Source: Promethearchaeota archaeon
Lineage (GTDB): Archaea; Asgardarchaeota; Lokiarchaeia; Sigyniarchaeales; SOKP01
Direction: 5' to 3'
Length of the DNA: 64,000 bases
NCBI GenBank assembly: GCA_048940445.1
Contig: JBHLON010000001.1
Span: 128,001-192,000 of the forward strand
Positions 19,630-30,317 of this stretch are shown piece after piece. Under the pieces are notes generated by a model, which saw only the letters and a program-made list of their open reading frames with translations, did not search any database and was not told the DNA's origin. Numbering within the stretch: the first letter of the stretch is position 1; every line of letters begins with the position of its first letter. Both the position numbers and the translations under genes were made by a program.

Positions 19630-20139
19630 TTAATTATGTATTAAAAATGGTCTTATTTTAACATAATCTTCAAATGCTTGTTGTTTTAAGTAGTCTTCGA
19701 ATGTTTGAGTAAAGATTTCTTCAAGAACGTTTATTCCAGACACTAATCCATCCATATCCTTTGCAATTAACAAAACATATTCAGAAGTTGATTCCAAATA
19801 ATAGCTTCCAGATTTATATTCCATCTTAACAAATTTCTCAACTATTTTGTTAGTCTTTCTAACGATATCATTAGTGGTAAAAAGAACAATTAAAAATTCT
19901 TCACTGAATTCTTCCTTTAGATAAGAATCACGAATTCCAGCCGCTATTAGAGGATTATCAGTATAATCCTTGAATAAAAATTGTAATTGATTCAATTCTT
20001 TTCTAAATTTATTCTTATTGTGAAAAAAGCTTAATTCATTACTTAAAATTAAAGGAGGACCCTCTAGATATGAAATATTTTTAGGAGATTTTTTAAATTC
20101 AAATTCTTGGAGATATTGATACATAGTAAATCTTTTCAC
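19630..20139 (-). CDS. Stand-alone protein resembling GH20 domain 2 (non-catalytic hexosaminidase N-terminal domain)
   Basis: P-K-x-I start and GSYYLE...VLLIAKDMDGLVSGINVLEEI pattern. Confidence 0.5.
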   Translation of the reverse strand: MKRFTMYQYLQEFEFKKSPKNISYLEGPPLILSNELSFFHNKNKFRKELNQLQFLFKDYTDNPLIAAGIRDSYLKEEFSEEFLIVLFTTNDIVRKTNKIVEKFVKMEYKSGSYYLESTSEYVLLIAKDMDGLVSGINVLEEIFTQTFEDYLKQQAFEDYVKIRPFLIHN

Positions 20140-20257
20140 TTTTATAATATTCTGATTAAGAATAAATCTTCAAATAATAATGGTATTATTTAATTAAAAA
20201 TCATTTTTTATTAAAATTTCGTGCTTATATTTTGAAAAATTAGACGGCATTAATATT

Positions 20258-21259
20258 ATGAGATTAGGAACTCTTCATTTAGAAAATAATTTACTGTTAG
20301 CACCAATGCAAGAAGTGACTACTGCTCCATATAGGAGATTTTGTAGAAAGTTTCAAGACATTGGTTTAGTTTGCGTTCCTATGATATATACTAAACGAGT
20401 TATAAAAAATCCAGATACTATCACCCCTGATCTACACAGAATTGAAGAAGAAGTGCCAATAAGCATCCAATTAATTGGATCGAATCTAGACGCATTGAAA
20501 AATACTATATTATTTCTTGAAAGTTATAAATTTAGTGTTATTGATCTCAATGCGGGATGTCCTTCTAGGCGAGCATTCAATTCTCAAGAAGGAGCTTATT
20601 TATTGAGAGATTTTAAGTTCTTAAAGAAACTTGTTAACACTGCCTTGAAATACGCTTCGAAACCAATATCCTTGAAGATAAGGACGGGTATTAATGATAG
20701 AATTAATTTACATGAATTTTCAACTTTAATAAATAATTCTGATATAGAATATTTAACAATTCATGGTAGAACTGTTAAAGACAAATTTGATGACTCTAAA
20801 TTAGATCTTGATACGATAAAAGAGTTAAAGAGCCTTCTAAATATACCAATTGTAGGAAATGGAAATATAGATGATCCCCTAAATGCAAAAAGATTTATAG
20901 ATTACACAAATGTAGACGCAATTATGATCGGAAGAGCTTCTATGGGAAATCCTCAAATTTTTAGTCAAATTAACGATTTCTTGAAAACAGGAAAATTTAT
21001 TCCATTTCAAAATGATAAAGATAGGATGCGAAAATATCTCAAAATTTATGAAGAATGTCTTAAGGAGTTTATTGATGATGAGTTATCAATTCCATATTCA
21101 ATAGAAAAATACAAGTTTAAAGAATTAAAAAGGAATGCTATCTGGCTATCAAAAAATATTGATCATTCCAATGAAATTAGGCAGAAACTCTCAAGAACAA
21201 GGGACTTAGCACATTTAAAGCATTTATTAAAACTCTTTTTTGAAAACCCCATGAATTAG
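20258..21259 (+). CDS. dus: tRNA-dihydrouridine synthase
   Basis: LAPM, IQLIG, DLNAGCP, SLKIRTG, IHGRT, NGNI and MIGR motifs. Confidence 0.92.
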   Translation: MRLGTLHLENNLLLAPMQEVTTAPYRRFCRKFQDIGLVCVPMIYTKRVIKNPDTITPDLHRIEEEVPISIQLIGSNLDALKNTILFLESYKFSVIDLNAGCPSRRAFNSQEGAYLLRDFKFLKKLVNTALKYASKPISLKIRTGINDRINLHEFSTLINNSDIEYLTIHGRTVKDKFDDSKLDLDTIKELKSLLNIPIVGNGNIDDPLNAKRFIDYTNVDAIMIGRASMGNPQIFSQINDFLKTGKFIPFQNDKDRMRKYLKIYEECLKEFIDDELSIPYSIEKYKFKELKRNAIWLSKNIDHSNEIRQKLSRTRDLAHLKHLLKLFFENPMN

Positions 21260-21516
21260 TTTTTACCTCGATAAAGGATAGCTATATACATCATAATATG
21301 AACTGCAAGAATTATTCCAATAACTATAGCTATTAAATTTACAATTTGAATGAGAAGGCCTTCAATTGTCGTTGTTAGTTCAATAGTTGACCATGAAAAA
21401 TTTCTAGCTATTCCTGAAATAACAAAATAATAAATCAAGCATAGAAATTCAATAATTACGAGTATGAATATTCTGAAACGAACAGACTCTCTTTTAGCAA
21501 GCTTCATAATCAGCAC
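21256..21516 (-). CDS. Small two-TM membrane protein
   Basis: Two hydrophobic stretches; AGGTG SD-like sequence upstream; follows mtnA. Confidence 0.6.
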   Translation of the reverse strand: MLIMKLAKRESVRFRIFILVIIEFLCLIYYFVISGIARNFSWSTIELTTTIEGLLIQIVNLIAIVIGIILAVHIMMYIAILYRGKN

Positions 21517-21532
21517 CTTACTAGCTTATTTA

Positions 21533-22564
21533 TTAAATATTTGAAATCTTATATTTTTTTAGTAAATCTTCGGGACTAAAAACACCATCTTCAGTAATTA
21601 TTGCTGTTACAAGTCGAAATGGTGTTATGTCAAAAGCATAATTTAAACACTCTACATTATCAGGTACTATTTGAATTTTACCTAATACACAACTGACTTC
21701 CGTACTGTCTCTCTGCTCAATTATAACATCATCTATAGTTTCTAGGAGTGACAGTGTCGATGTTGGTGCTGCTACATAAAAGGGAATGTTATTATCGTTT
21801 GCAGCTAAAGCCACCAGATAGGTACCAATTTTATTAAATACTGCATCTGAAGTTACCCGATCTGTTCCCACTATTACTTTATCAACTTTTCTTAAACGCA
21901 TTAATAATCCAGAGGAAGTATCGGAAATTACTTTAACAGGAATTTTATCATATTGCAACTCATAAGCGGTCAATCTAGCTCCTTGTAATCTTGGGCGTGT
22001 TTCGTCTGCAATTACGCTAATTCTCTTTCCTTCCTCAATAGCAGCTCTCACAGGAGCTAAGGCTGTTCCATATTGCACGGTAGCAAGGGAACCGGCATTA
22101 CAATGAGTAAGAATAACATCCCCATCTTTTAATAACTTTGCACCATTCCTTCCTATTCTTTTGTTCACATTAATATCTTCTTGTGCCATAATTTTTGCTT
22201 CTTCTATAACTAAATTGGATATATTTACAGGATTATCTGGGTACGTTCGGATAATATTTATAACCCTATCCACTGCCCAAAATAAGTTAGAAGCTGTTGG
22301 CCTTGTTTTTCTTATAATCTTTGCTGCTTCTTCCATTTTTTCTATAAATTTTTCTTTTGGTAATTGGTTATACTCAATTGTAGCTAAACCAATACCCATA
22401 GCAGCCGCAACTCCAATTGCAGGAGCACCTCTGATATTCATCACTTTAATCGCATTGGCAACATCTCTAAAATTGTCAAATTCAAGAAATTGAAGAGTAT
22501 GAGGAAGTTGAGTTTGATCAATCATCTTAACCTTGTTATTCTTCCATTCAATTGAAGGGATCAT
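21533..22564 (-). CDS. mtnA: Methylthioribose-1-phosphate isomerase (eIF2B alpha-like family)
   Basis: DQT.LP, IRGAPAIG, RPTASNL, THCNAGSLAT..GTA, ETRP.LQGARLT, NKIGT and FDITP. Confidence 0.9.
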   Translation of the reverse strand: MIPSIEWKNNKVKMIDQTQLPHTLQFLEFDNFRDVANAIKVMNIRGAPAIGVAAAMGIGLATIEYNQLPKEKFIEKMEEAAKIIRKTRPTASNLFWAVDRVINIIRTYPDNPVNISNLVIEEAKIMAQEDINVNKRIGRNGAKLLKDGDVILTHCNAGSLATVQYGTALAPVRAAIEEGKRISVIADETRPRLQGARLTAYELQYDKIPVKVISDTSSGLLMRLRKVDKVIVGTDRVTSDAVFNKIGTYLVALAANDNNIPFYVAAPTSTLSLLETIDDVIIEQRDSTEVSCVLGKIQIVPDNVECLNYAFDITPFRLVTAIITEDGVFSPEDLLKKYKISNI

Positions 22565-22765
22565 AATTATAAGAGGCGAAAATGTTAATTAAAACTTATG
22601 AATAAATAAACTCAGAACAATTTAACAATACGCATAGTAATTAAAGAAAAAGTTATAAGGATTATAATAATTTGTAAAAATTAGTTTTAGACTATAGAAA
22701 ATAGATTATTATAGGATGAGGGTATAAAAAAATTAAGTTCCAAGATATTTCTAGAAGAGAGTAAA

Positions 22766-24136
22766 ATGATTCTTCATAAGATAAAAAGTGAAGGTATTGC
22801 ATCTATATCATATTTTTTAGCGTCTGGGAATGAAGCATGTGTTATAGACCCGAGAAGAGATGCCAAAATTTTTCTTAAATTAGCTTGGGATGCTGAAGCT
22901 AATATAAAGTATGTATTTGAAACCCACCGTAACGAGGATTATGTCATTGGATCCAGAGAAATAGCAGATGTAGTTGATGTGAAAATATACCATGGACCTG
23001 GTTTGGATTGGAAGTATGGTAAAACCCTTAAAGATGGGCAGGAATTCACATTAGGTGTTTTGAAAATTAGAGTTATCCATACTCCTGGTCATACTGATGA
23101 AAGCACAAGCTATGCTGTGTTTGATACAACTACAGGAGACCAAACTATAATGGTATTTACGGGAGATGCTCTATTTGTTGGAGATACTGGGCGGATTGAT
23201 ATGTATGGTCCTGATAAATCAAAAAAAAATGCTGAAAATCTCTATAACAGTTTATTTAATAAAATTTTACCTTTAGGGGATCAAGCTGTTATATTACCGG
23301 CTCATGGTGCTGGGTCTGTTTGTGGAGTTGCCATAAATGAAAGAGAATTAAGTACAATTGGACTAGAACGTATGCAAAATCCAGTATTGCAATTGAAGGA
23401 TAGACAAAAGTTTGTAGAATTCAAATTAAATGAGAAACATTATTTTGCACCTTATTTTAGACAAATGGAAAAATATAACTTACAAGGACCTCCATTATTA
23501 AAAGATTTACCGAGATTTAAGCCATTACTCCCAAATGAATTTAAAAGTAAATTAGAAGAGGGAGGAATAATTGTTGATACCAGAAATCCAGCATCTTTTG
23601 GTTCAGTGCATATTAAAAATTCATATAACATATGGTTGAAAGGATTACCATCCTATGTGGGGTGGGTTCTCCCTTATGATAAACCAATATTGCTTGTTGT
23701 AGAAAATTTCAAAGATTTAAAGAAAGCATATAAATATCTTCTTAGACTGGGTTATGATAATATTATGGGATATTTGGTCGGAGGGATAATTGCCTGGTAT
23801 AGCAATCATCTTCCCATCGAAACAATTGGTATGATGACTGTTGATATATTAAAAAGAAGATTGGATCAAGGTGAAAAAACCTTTTTAATTGATGTTCGGG
23901 CAGCCCCTGAGTTAAAGGAGGGATATATTGAAGAAGCGAAGAACATTTATGTAGGTGAACTGGAAGAGAAATTAGTGGATTTACCTAAAGATGTTCCCAT
24001 AGTAACTATTTGTGGAAATGGAGCTCGAGCTAGCATGGCAACAAGCATTTTAAAAAGAAATGGATTTAACTATGTTTATAATGTGTTAGGGAGCATGAAA
24101 GCATGGAAACAAGCAAAATATCCGATTAAAAACTAA
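22766..24136 (+). CDS. MBL-fold hydrolase fused to two rhodanese domains (persulfide dioxygenase/sulfurtransferase-like)
   Basis: ETHRNEDY, TPGHT, FTGDALF, PAHG; rhodanese motifs D(T/V)R and active-site CGNGAR. Confidence 0.88.
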   Translation: MILHKIKSEGIASISYFLASGNEACVIDPRRDAKIFLKLAWDAEANIKYVFETHRNEDYVIGSREIADVVDVKIYHGPGLDWKYGKTLKDGQEFTLGVLKIRVIHTPGHTDESTSYAVFDTTTGDQTIMVFTGDALFVGDTGRIDMYGPDKSKKNAENLYNSLFNKILPLGDQAVILPAHGAGSVCGVAINERELSTIGLERMQNPVLQLKDRQKFVEFKLNEKHYFAPYFRQMEKYNLQGPPLLKDLPRFKPLLPNEFKSKLEEGGIIVDTRNPASFGSVHIKNSYNIWLKGLPSYVGWVLPYDKPILLVVENFKDLKKAYKYLLRLGYDNIMGYLVGGIIAWYSNHLPIETIGMMTVDILKRRLDQGEKTFLIDVRAAPELKEGYIEEAKNIYVGELEEKLVDLPKDVPIVTICGNGARASMATSILKRNGFNYVYNVLGSMKAWKQAKYPIKN

Positions 24137-24243
24137 TAATTACATTTCTCAGATTTATAATCTTGATTTTTAATTCATAAAGAAAATTTTTATTATTTCT
24201 CAAATCGTGTATAATTTAATAAAGAAATTTTGGTGAAACAGAA

Positions 24244-24585
24244 ATGGATGACGATATGAAAGAATATTTCAAAGCTGCCCAAGCTAGTCTTCAGAGACTA
24301 GGACAAGCACATCCCGATGCCATGAAAGGATTTCAACAATTTTTTAGAGCTGCGAAGGCTGATGGTGCTATATCTGCGAAAGTAAAAGAATTAATAGGAG
24401 TTGCTCTTTCAATTGCTTATCAATGTAAATTTTGTGTAGCATGGCATGTTAAACATGCATTAGATCAAGGAGCCACGAAAGAGGAAATAATCGAAGCAAG
24501 TATGGTCGCTGGAACTTTAGGTGGTGGTCCTTCATTAATGTTTACAAAATATGTGTTTAAAGCTTTAGAGGATTTTGCAAAATAG
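24244..24585 (+). CDS. Carboxymuconolactone decarboxylase/AhpD family protein
   Basis: KELI...C-x2-C-x3-H (CKFCVAWH), GATKEEI and GGGPS. Confidence 0.88.
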   Translation: MDDDMKEYFKAAQASLQRLGQAHPDAMKGFQQFFRAAKADGAISAKVKELIGVALSIAYQCKFCVAWHVKHALDQGATKEEIIEASMVAGTLGGGPSLMFTKYVFKALEDFAK

Positions 24586-24619
24586 AATTTTTTAACCTAA
24601 AATATACTTAATCAAAAAA

Positions 24620-25021
24620 GTGGAAGATATGGTTGATATATTGAAAAAAGCATTAAGTATGGATTTTAATGACGCAGTGGAGCGTGTTGAGAAAATTATT
24701 GTTGAAGAAGGCTTTAGTCATATGCTAACAAAATCTATAGATGAAATTTTCAAGAAGAAATTAGGAATAGATTACGACAGATATACTATAATACTAGCTT
24801 GCGGCCCTGAATTTGCTAAAGCGGCACTAGATGTATCAAAAAACGTTGGTTTGTTATTTCCATGCAGTTTTGTGATCTATGAAGAAAATGGAAAGGTATA
24901 TGTAAGTCACACTTCAATTATGAAAGTAGCCCCTGAAGCTGGATTAGCTCCTGCTGATAAAATGAAAACGGTTATAGAAATGACCAGTAAAGCAGTTCAT
25001 GCAGCTTGGGACAGGTTTTAA
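24620..25021 (+). CDS. DUF302 family protein
   Basis: Y.IILACGP..A..AL....GLLFPC pattern; real start possibly ATG 24629. Confidence 0.8.
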   Translation: MEDMVDILKKALSMDFNDAVERVEKIIVEEGFSHMLTKSIDEIFKKKLGIDYDRYTIILACGPEFAKAALDVSKNVGLLFPCSFVIYEENGKVYVSHTSIMKVAPEAGLAPADKMKTVIEMTSKAVHAAWDRF

Positions 25022-25022
25022 C

Positions 25023-25035
25023 TTTTTTTTTTTTT
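25023..25035 (+). terminator. Oligo-T archaeal-type terminator after the rhodanese-CMD-DUF302 operon
   Basis: Long T run immediately after the stop codon at 25021. Confidence 0.5.
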
Positions 25036-25097
25036 AATAAAAATTTTTAGATATCATATTCTAGTCTAATTAATAACAAAACTTCAACAATCTTATA

Positions 25098-27593
25098 ATG
25101 TACAGTAAACAAGTTCTTGAAAGAGATACTTTAAGACTAATTATAGATGAACATAAAGATTTTACTTCTGAGGTTATTGAAGTTAAATATAATGATTTTT
25201 GGGTACCTATTCTTGGAAATCATTCTGGTTTTAGTACATTAAATTATTGGGAAAGAGGTATCCGAAAAAGTAAAAAAACATTTTTTCTAAAAAGTAAAAA
25301 GAAAAAATTATATTATCAGATTAATGATAATGATTTTTTACTAAATTTAGACTACTGTTTTGAAGAAGATAACATATTTCATATTAGATATAAATTATCT
25401 AATAGAAAAGAATTAAATTTATCTAAACTTCTTGTAAATTATTCCGTCCTTCTTGAAGGTGAGCCAGACTTTACATGGGTTCCTCATCTTCGCCCAGAAA
25501 AGGAATATGTTATGGGGGATCATATATTTCGGTCTCCAGCGATTGTTTATAAGAAAGGCGCCATAGCTTTTGCCTTCATTCCAGATTTAAAGACTCTTGG
25601 GAATAATCGCCCTTTTCAATCATTTATAAATTTAAATCTAAAATCTGAAAATTCTGCCAATCTACCCCAAATAGATTACGGTTTTGGGAACTATCACTCA
25701 ACTCCTCACACATTTTTCAAATACGACTCGTCTAAAATATGGAAAATTGAAAAGGATACCGATTTAACCTTCCGATATTATATTATTATTTTTATTAAGA
25801 AAAAGGTATCCGAAATACTACAATCTATTAATAAATTCTTCTGGCAGAAATACCTTAGAAAATACCTATATGAAAGCTTAAAACCTCAAGTATTACCATA
25901 TGAAGAAAATGTTAGAGAAGGTTTTAAAGCAATTTTTGAAAGACATAAATATTGGGGAACGTTTTGGATTAATGGAATTGAATGTGGAGGAATTTGGCAA
26001 AGATCATGGGCAGGATCTAAAAAGAGATTGATTGAATTTATAAAGCCTGAGGATATCGAAAATCATAAACAAAGAAACACTACCGAAACTGCTAGCTCTG
26101 ATGAAGGCATTCACAAAATGATAAATGAAATGATTTATGATGCAGAACAAGTGAAATGGTTTGATAAGTATAGCCTCAGACTTGCATTTGTTCCTAGAAC
26201 TGCTGAAATCTGGAATAACGCGTGGTTTCTTAATATAAGGACTGCATATGGCTTGAGATACTTCGGAGAAGAATGGAAAGAAAATTCACTTATAGCAAGA
26301 GGAAATCTTATTTTAAATACAATTTTAAATTTACCGAGAATTAGTGGGCTTTTTCCGAGTATAATTTTTCCGGCAGGGCAAGATTCATCAATTGTTTCAT
26401 ATATAAATGGTTCTAAGGCTTATCTCTATAGTGATGAGTATAATTTAGTGGACATTTGCCTCGGAATGTATTGGACTCTTATTTATTACCATGAATTTGA
26501 GAAAAAAGATGAAATCATTGAAAAATGCAAAGATTTATTTAAATTTATCTCTAAAATTTGGCAAAAAACGTCTCACATTCCTGTTTTTATCAGTATTTCT
26601 AAAGATAAACAAATAGTAATTAACCATGTTTTATTAGATTCTGCTAGTTCTGGAGCCATATTACTATTCCTAACAAAATTATATAAAAGTATGAAAAGTC
26701 GAGAAATTATTGAAATAGCTAAGAAAATTGCACATTATATTCAAACAAACATAATCCCACAAAATAAATGGCACGATTTTGAACCGTTTTATAGTTGTAC
26801 TAAATTCTCTCTAAACTTCTTTGATAATTATACTAATAGCCATGTTATGAATACATTAAGTATCTATTGGTGTGCAGAAAGCTTTAAAGAACTATATAAA
26901 ATAACAAAAGAAGTAGAATATCTTGAAGGAGGAGAAGATATTTTAGCGGTACTATCGTTATTTCAGCAGGTTTGGCCTATGCCCTACATTAACTATAACA
27001 CATTCGGAGGTTTTGGAGTTCAAAATGCTGATGCTGAATTAAGTGATGCACGGCAAGCTTTATTCGTAAGAACATATATGGACTATTACCTTATAACTGA
27101 AAATGAGGAATATATGGAAAGAGGGCTTGCTGCATTACGTGCATCTTGGGCTTTACAATTGCTTAAACAATATGAAGAAATATGCCCTGGTAATATAAAG
27201 GGAATCTCCACTATTGATAATGTTGATAAAGGAGCCATCTATGAGAATTATGGTCATACAGGTAGTGATTATAGAGTTCCAGGTCAAATTACCTTTGATT
27301 GGGGGGTTGGTACTGCTGCAATGGCAACCGCCTATGTTAAAAAACATTTTGGTGATTTGTATATAGATTTTAAAAGAAAATTTGTATTTGGAATAGATGG
27401 GATTTTAATAAAGTCATTTGAATTTAATAATAGTGCAATAAAGATAATTTATGAAAAGCTGCCAGAAAAAACTCAAATTATAGTTAGAACCAGAGGCACT
27501 CCCCTTCCTGGAGTGAAATTATGCTTAAACAATGTCTCATTTGGAGTTATTACGAACAAAATGTTAAAGTCTGGATTTAAGGTTGATATCTAG
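25098..27593 (+). CDS. Large hypothetical protein, probably with an (alpha/alpha)-barrel glycosidase-like C-terminal half
   Basis: 831-aa ORF; repeated helical-hairpin pattern (LYKIT.E..YL, YYLIT...YMERG) and conserved-looking GGFGVQNADAELSDARQ and ENYGH motifs. Confidence 0.55.
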   Translation: MYSKQVLERDTLRLIIDEHKDFTSEVIEVKYNDFWVPILGNHSGFSTLNYWERGIRKSKKTFFLKSKKKKLYYQINDNDFLLNLDYCFEEDNIFHIRYKLSNRKELNLSKLLVNYSVLLEGEPDFTWVPHLRPEKEYVMGDHIFRSPAIVYKKGAIAFAFIPDLKTLGNNRPFQSFINLNLKSENSANLPQIDYGFGNYHSTPHTFFKYDSSKIWKIEKDTDLTFRYYIIIFIKKKVSEILQSINKFFWQKYLRKYLYESLKPQVLPYEENVREGFKAIFERHKYWGTFWINGIECGGIWQRSWAGSKKRLIEFIKPEDIENHKQRNTTETASSDEGIHKMINEMIYDAEQVKWFDKYSLRLAFVPRTAEIWNNAWFLNIRTAYGLRYFGEEWKENSLIARGNLILNTILNLPRISGLFPSIIFPAGQDSSIVSYINGSKAYLYSDEYNLVDICLGMYWTLIYYHEFEKKDEIIEKCKDLFKFISKIWQKTSHIPVFISISKDKQIVINHVLLDSASSGAILLFLTKLYKSMKSREIIEIAKKIAHYIQTNIIPQNKWHDFEPFYSCTKFSLNFFDNYTNSHVMNTLSIYWCAESFKELYKITKEVEYLEGGEDILAVLSLFQQVWPMPYINYNTFGGFGVQNADAELSDARQALFVRTYMDYYLITENEEYMERGLAALRASWALQLLKQYEEICPGNIKGISTIDNVDKGAIYENYGHTGSDYRVPGQITFDWGVGTAAMATAYVKKHFGDLYIDFKRKFVFGIDGILIKSFEFNNSAIKIIYEKLPEKTQIIVRTRGTPLPGVKLCLNNVSFGVITNKMLKSGFKVDI

Positions 27594-27667
27594 CAATAAT
27601 TTAAACCTTAAATTTATATGAACCAATATTAAATTATTTAATAAAATCAATTATCTAATATGATTAA

Positions 27668-28570
27668 ATGTTAATTTATTGGTTAGGCGTTTTATTAGCA
27701 ATTTTATCAGGCCTTTCACATTTCACTGGAATATTAATTGAAAAAATGATAATCAATAAATTAAATCCTGATGCAAAATTAATGAGAAGTCTGGTAAGAA
27801 CTCCATTATGGATATTTGCATTATTCCTTCGTTTTGGATTAGGAACTATTTTTTTTTTGATGGCTCAAATCTTTATTGGCCCAGCAATCATTCCAGGGTT
27901 AATGGCTTCTGGATTAATAATATTGGCAATTGGTTCAGTAAAAGTAATTGGTGAGAAATTAACATTTTCAGAAATTCTAGCTATCTTCATGATGGTTTGT
28001 GCTATTACCTTTCTTGGATTAAGTGAATTGTCAATAGAGTTATCTGAATTTAATTTATTACAATTTGATTTCATAATTAGGATGAGTGTTTATACGCTAG
28101 CTTTGGTTATAGCTGCGGTAACATTTCATTTTATTCAATCAAAATATGGAAAATATAGAGGAATTTTGTTAGCATTACTTTCGGGATGCATGTTCTCATT
28201 AGCAAATTTTTGGACTGGAATTTTAATGGGTGTAATCGCTAAAATATTTAGCACAATATTTAGTCTTGGAGATATAATCCTATTTATAATCTCGGCAATA
28301 ATTCTTGTTATAGTAAATTTGCTTGGAGTGGCTAAAATGGCCGCTGCGTTAAGATATGGAGATGCAAGTAAATTAGTTCCGATACAAAACCTACCAACAC
28401 AAACTACCCCTTCAATAGTATACTTTTTAGTGTTTTTATTAATTCCTCCAACTACTTTATCTGTTGTATTTTTTATAATAGCGATTATATTAATTATAAC
28501 TAGTTCATTTATATTAGCAAAGCGGCAAGCAGAGTTAGATAAGATAAAACAAATGAATTCTGAAGAATAA
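27668..28570 (+). CDS. DMT-superfamily membrane transporter (NIPA-like)
   Basis: About 9 TM segments; PLW, GEKL and G.AS.LVP motifs. Confidence 0.65.
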   Translation: MLIYWLGVLLAILSGLSHFTGILIEKMIINKLNPDAKLMRSLVRTPLWIFALFLRFGLGTIFFLMAQIFIGPAIIPGLMASGLIILAIGSVKVIGEKLTFSEILAIFMMVCAITFLGLSELSIELSEFNLLQFDFIIRMSVYTLALVIAAVTFHFIQSKYGKYRGILLALLSGCMFSLANFWTGILMGVIAKIFSTIFSLGDIILFIISAIILVIVNLLGVAKMAAALRYGDASKLVPIQNLPTQTTPSIVYFLVFLLIPPTTLSVVFFIIAIILIITSSFILAKRQAELDKIKQMNSEE

Positions 28571-28607
28571 TAGACTTAAATATTTAATGAATTTGTTATG
28601 ATATACA

Positions 28608-30218
28608 ATGGAGAAAAATAATATTATCAAAAACCTTCAAAATGAATTACCTTGGGATAAATTTTTATTAATAATGGAAAATGAAGGTTTTATAAAAACA
28701 GGTTTTCCTAATCTTTCTCAAATAGCAAATAAAAATGAATATACAAAATTATTTCTATCTGGAAAAACGATATTTGTTGACAATAAGCTCCAAGCTGCAG
28801 GTCTTAATGATCCTTCACATCTTTTTTTAACACCATATATAATTTTTAGACCTAAAACAGAGGAACAGTTAAAAAGTGTTATTATCCACTCACAAGAGTT
28901 AAAAATTCCAATAACATTTGCTGGTGGAAAAACTGGATTATCGGGAGGATATTCAAATTATGGAATAATAGTGGATCTTGCAGATCTACATACTTTTGAA
29001 AAACCTTTTTATATAGATTTTAATAAACAAGAAATACTAGTTGAACAGGGCGTAATCATCTCAGATTTAATCAAATATGTTCATTTTCTTAGTAACGGGA
29101 AGTTTATTTTTCCTATTCAACCAGCAAGTGCTTTAAAGCTTCCAGTAAGGGTGGGGGGTATTATAGCTTCAAATGCAAGTGGAATTACATCGGGAAAGTT
29201 AGGTTCGGCAGAGGATTGGATTAAAAGTATGCGAATCATGAACCCTAATGGTAAAATATTTCAATTAAAGAAAACTGATCCACTTTTCAATAAAATTATT
29301 GGTACTAATGGATACTTTGGAGTGATTTTAAGTGCTCGATTTAAATTATTTAAGCCATCCTTAGATGTAAAAAGAGCAATTCTCTTCGGAGATAATATAG
29401 AATTAGCTTTTAATGGGCTTCAATCTATTTTAGAATCTAAGATTTTTCCTCTAATTAGTGAATTTGTAGTCTCAAATCAAAAACTACCTGGATTATTTAA
29501 TAATCTGAAATTTTTAAGTAAAGTTGAATCTAAAATTAAGTGGGGAGTGATGATTAAAGGAACTACCGCGGAGGTAGATTCCTTTATTAATTTAATGATG
29601 AGACAAGGAAATTTAGAATATTTAATTTTAAATGAAGAAGATTTTCAAAATTATATTCAGGAAAGATCTGCTTTTGCTCTATTAGTACAAACTGCAGATT
29701 CATCTGCAGATTATATCGCATTTCCAGGGTTTGAAGATATTTTGAGCGAGCCTAAAAATTTACCAGAAATTATTCATACCATTAATGAGATTTTTGAGAA
29801 ATTTGGATTTCATAAAGTAATTTTTGGATATGGTCACATTAATTTTCGTCGAGGTCAAGGACTATTATTACATATGCGTTTGCCCGTGCCTATTGAATAT
29901 TTTTACAGAGAAAATAATGAGAGATTGAAATTAATATGCAAGACTGTTTACAATGTAATAATTACACTTAAACGGAAGTATCATATTAAACATAAAGCAG
30001 AACACAGTTCAGGACCATTTAAGATTTGGTTAGATGACAATTTTAGGAAGGTTTTACGAAAAAAAATTGAAACTAAGGATGCGTTTGTTAACCCACATTT
30101 AAAAATTTATGAAGAACTTCAGAAAAGACATGGAATTACACCAGGGGAATATCTTTCAGAAGAGGAGCACAAACGACTATTCTTGGAAGCTATGAACTTA
30201 TATCTCTCATTATTTTAA
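28608..30218 (+). CDS. FAD-linked oxidoreductase (VAO/GlcD/D-lactate dehydrogenase-like)
   Basis: GGKTGLSGG, P.S...VGG.IASNASG, GT.G.FG.I, GH and AEH motifs. Confidence 0.82.
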   Translation: MEKNNIIKNLQNELPWDKFLLIMENEGFIKTGFPNLSQIANKNEYTKLFLSGKTIFVDNKLQAAGLNDPSHLFLTPYIIFRPKTEEQLKSVIIHSQELKIPITFAGGKTGLSGGYSNYGIIVDLADLHTFEKPFYIDFNKQEILVEQGVIISDLIKYVHFLSNGKFIFPIQPASALKLPVRVGGIIASNASGITSGKLGSAEDWIKSMRIMNPNGKIFQLKKTDPLFNKIIGTNGYFGVILSARFKLFKPSLDVKRAILFGDNIELAFNGLQSILESKIFPLISEFVVSNQKLPGLFNNLKFLSKVESKIKWGVMIKGTTAEVDSFINLMMRQGNLEYLILNEEDFQNYIQERSAFALLVQTADSSADYIAFPGFEDILSEPKNLPEIIHTINEIFEKFGFHKVIFGYGHINFRRGQGLLLHMRLPVPIEYFYRENNERLKLICKTVYNVIITLKRKYHIKHKAEHSSGPFKIWLDDNFRKVLRKKIETKDAFVNPHLKIYEELQKRHGITPGEYLSEEEHKRLFLEAMNLYLSLF

Positions 30219-30317
30219 TTGAAATATATATGAGCTTCCATTATAAACATTTATAAATTAGATCAGAGAATATTAATTATTTAATTAAATTATATTAATT
30301 AGGGTGGCTCTACATAA

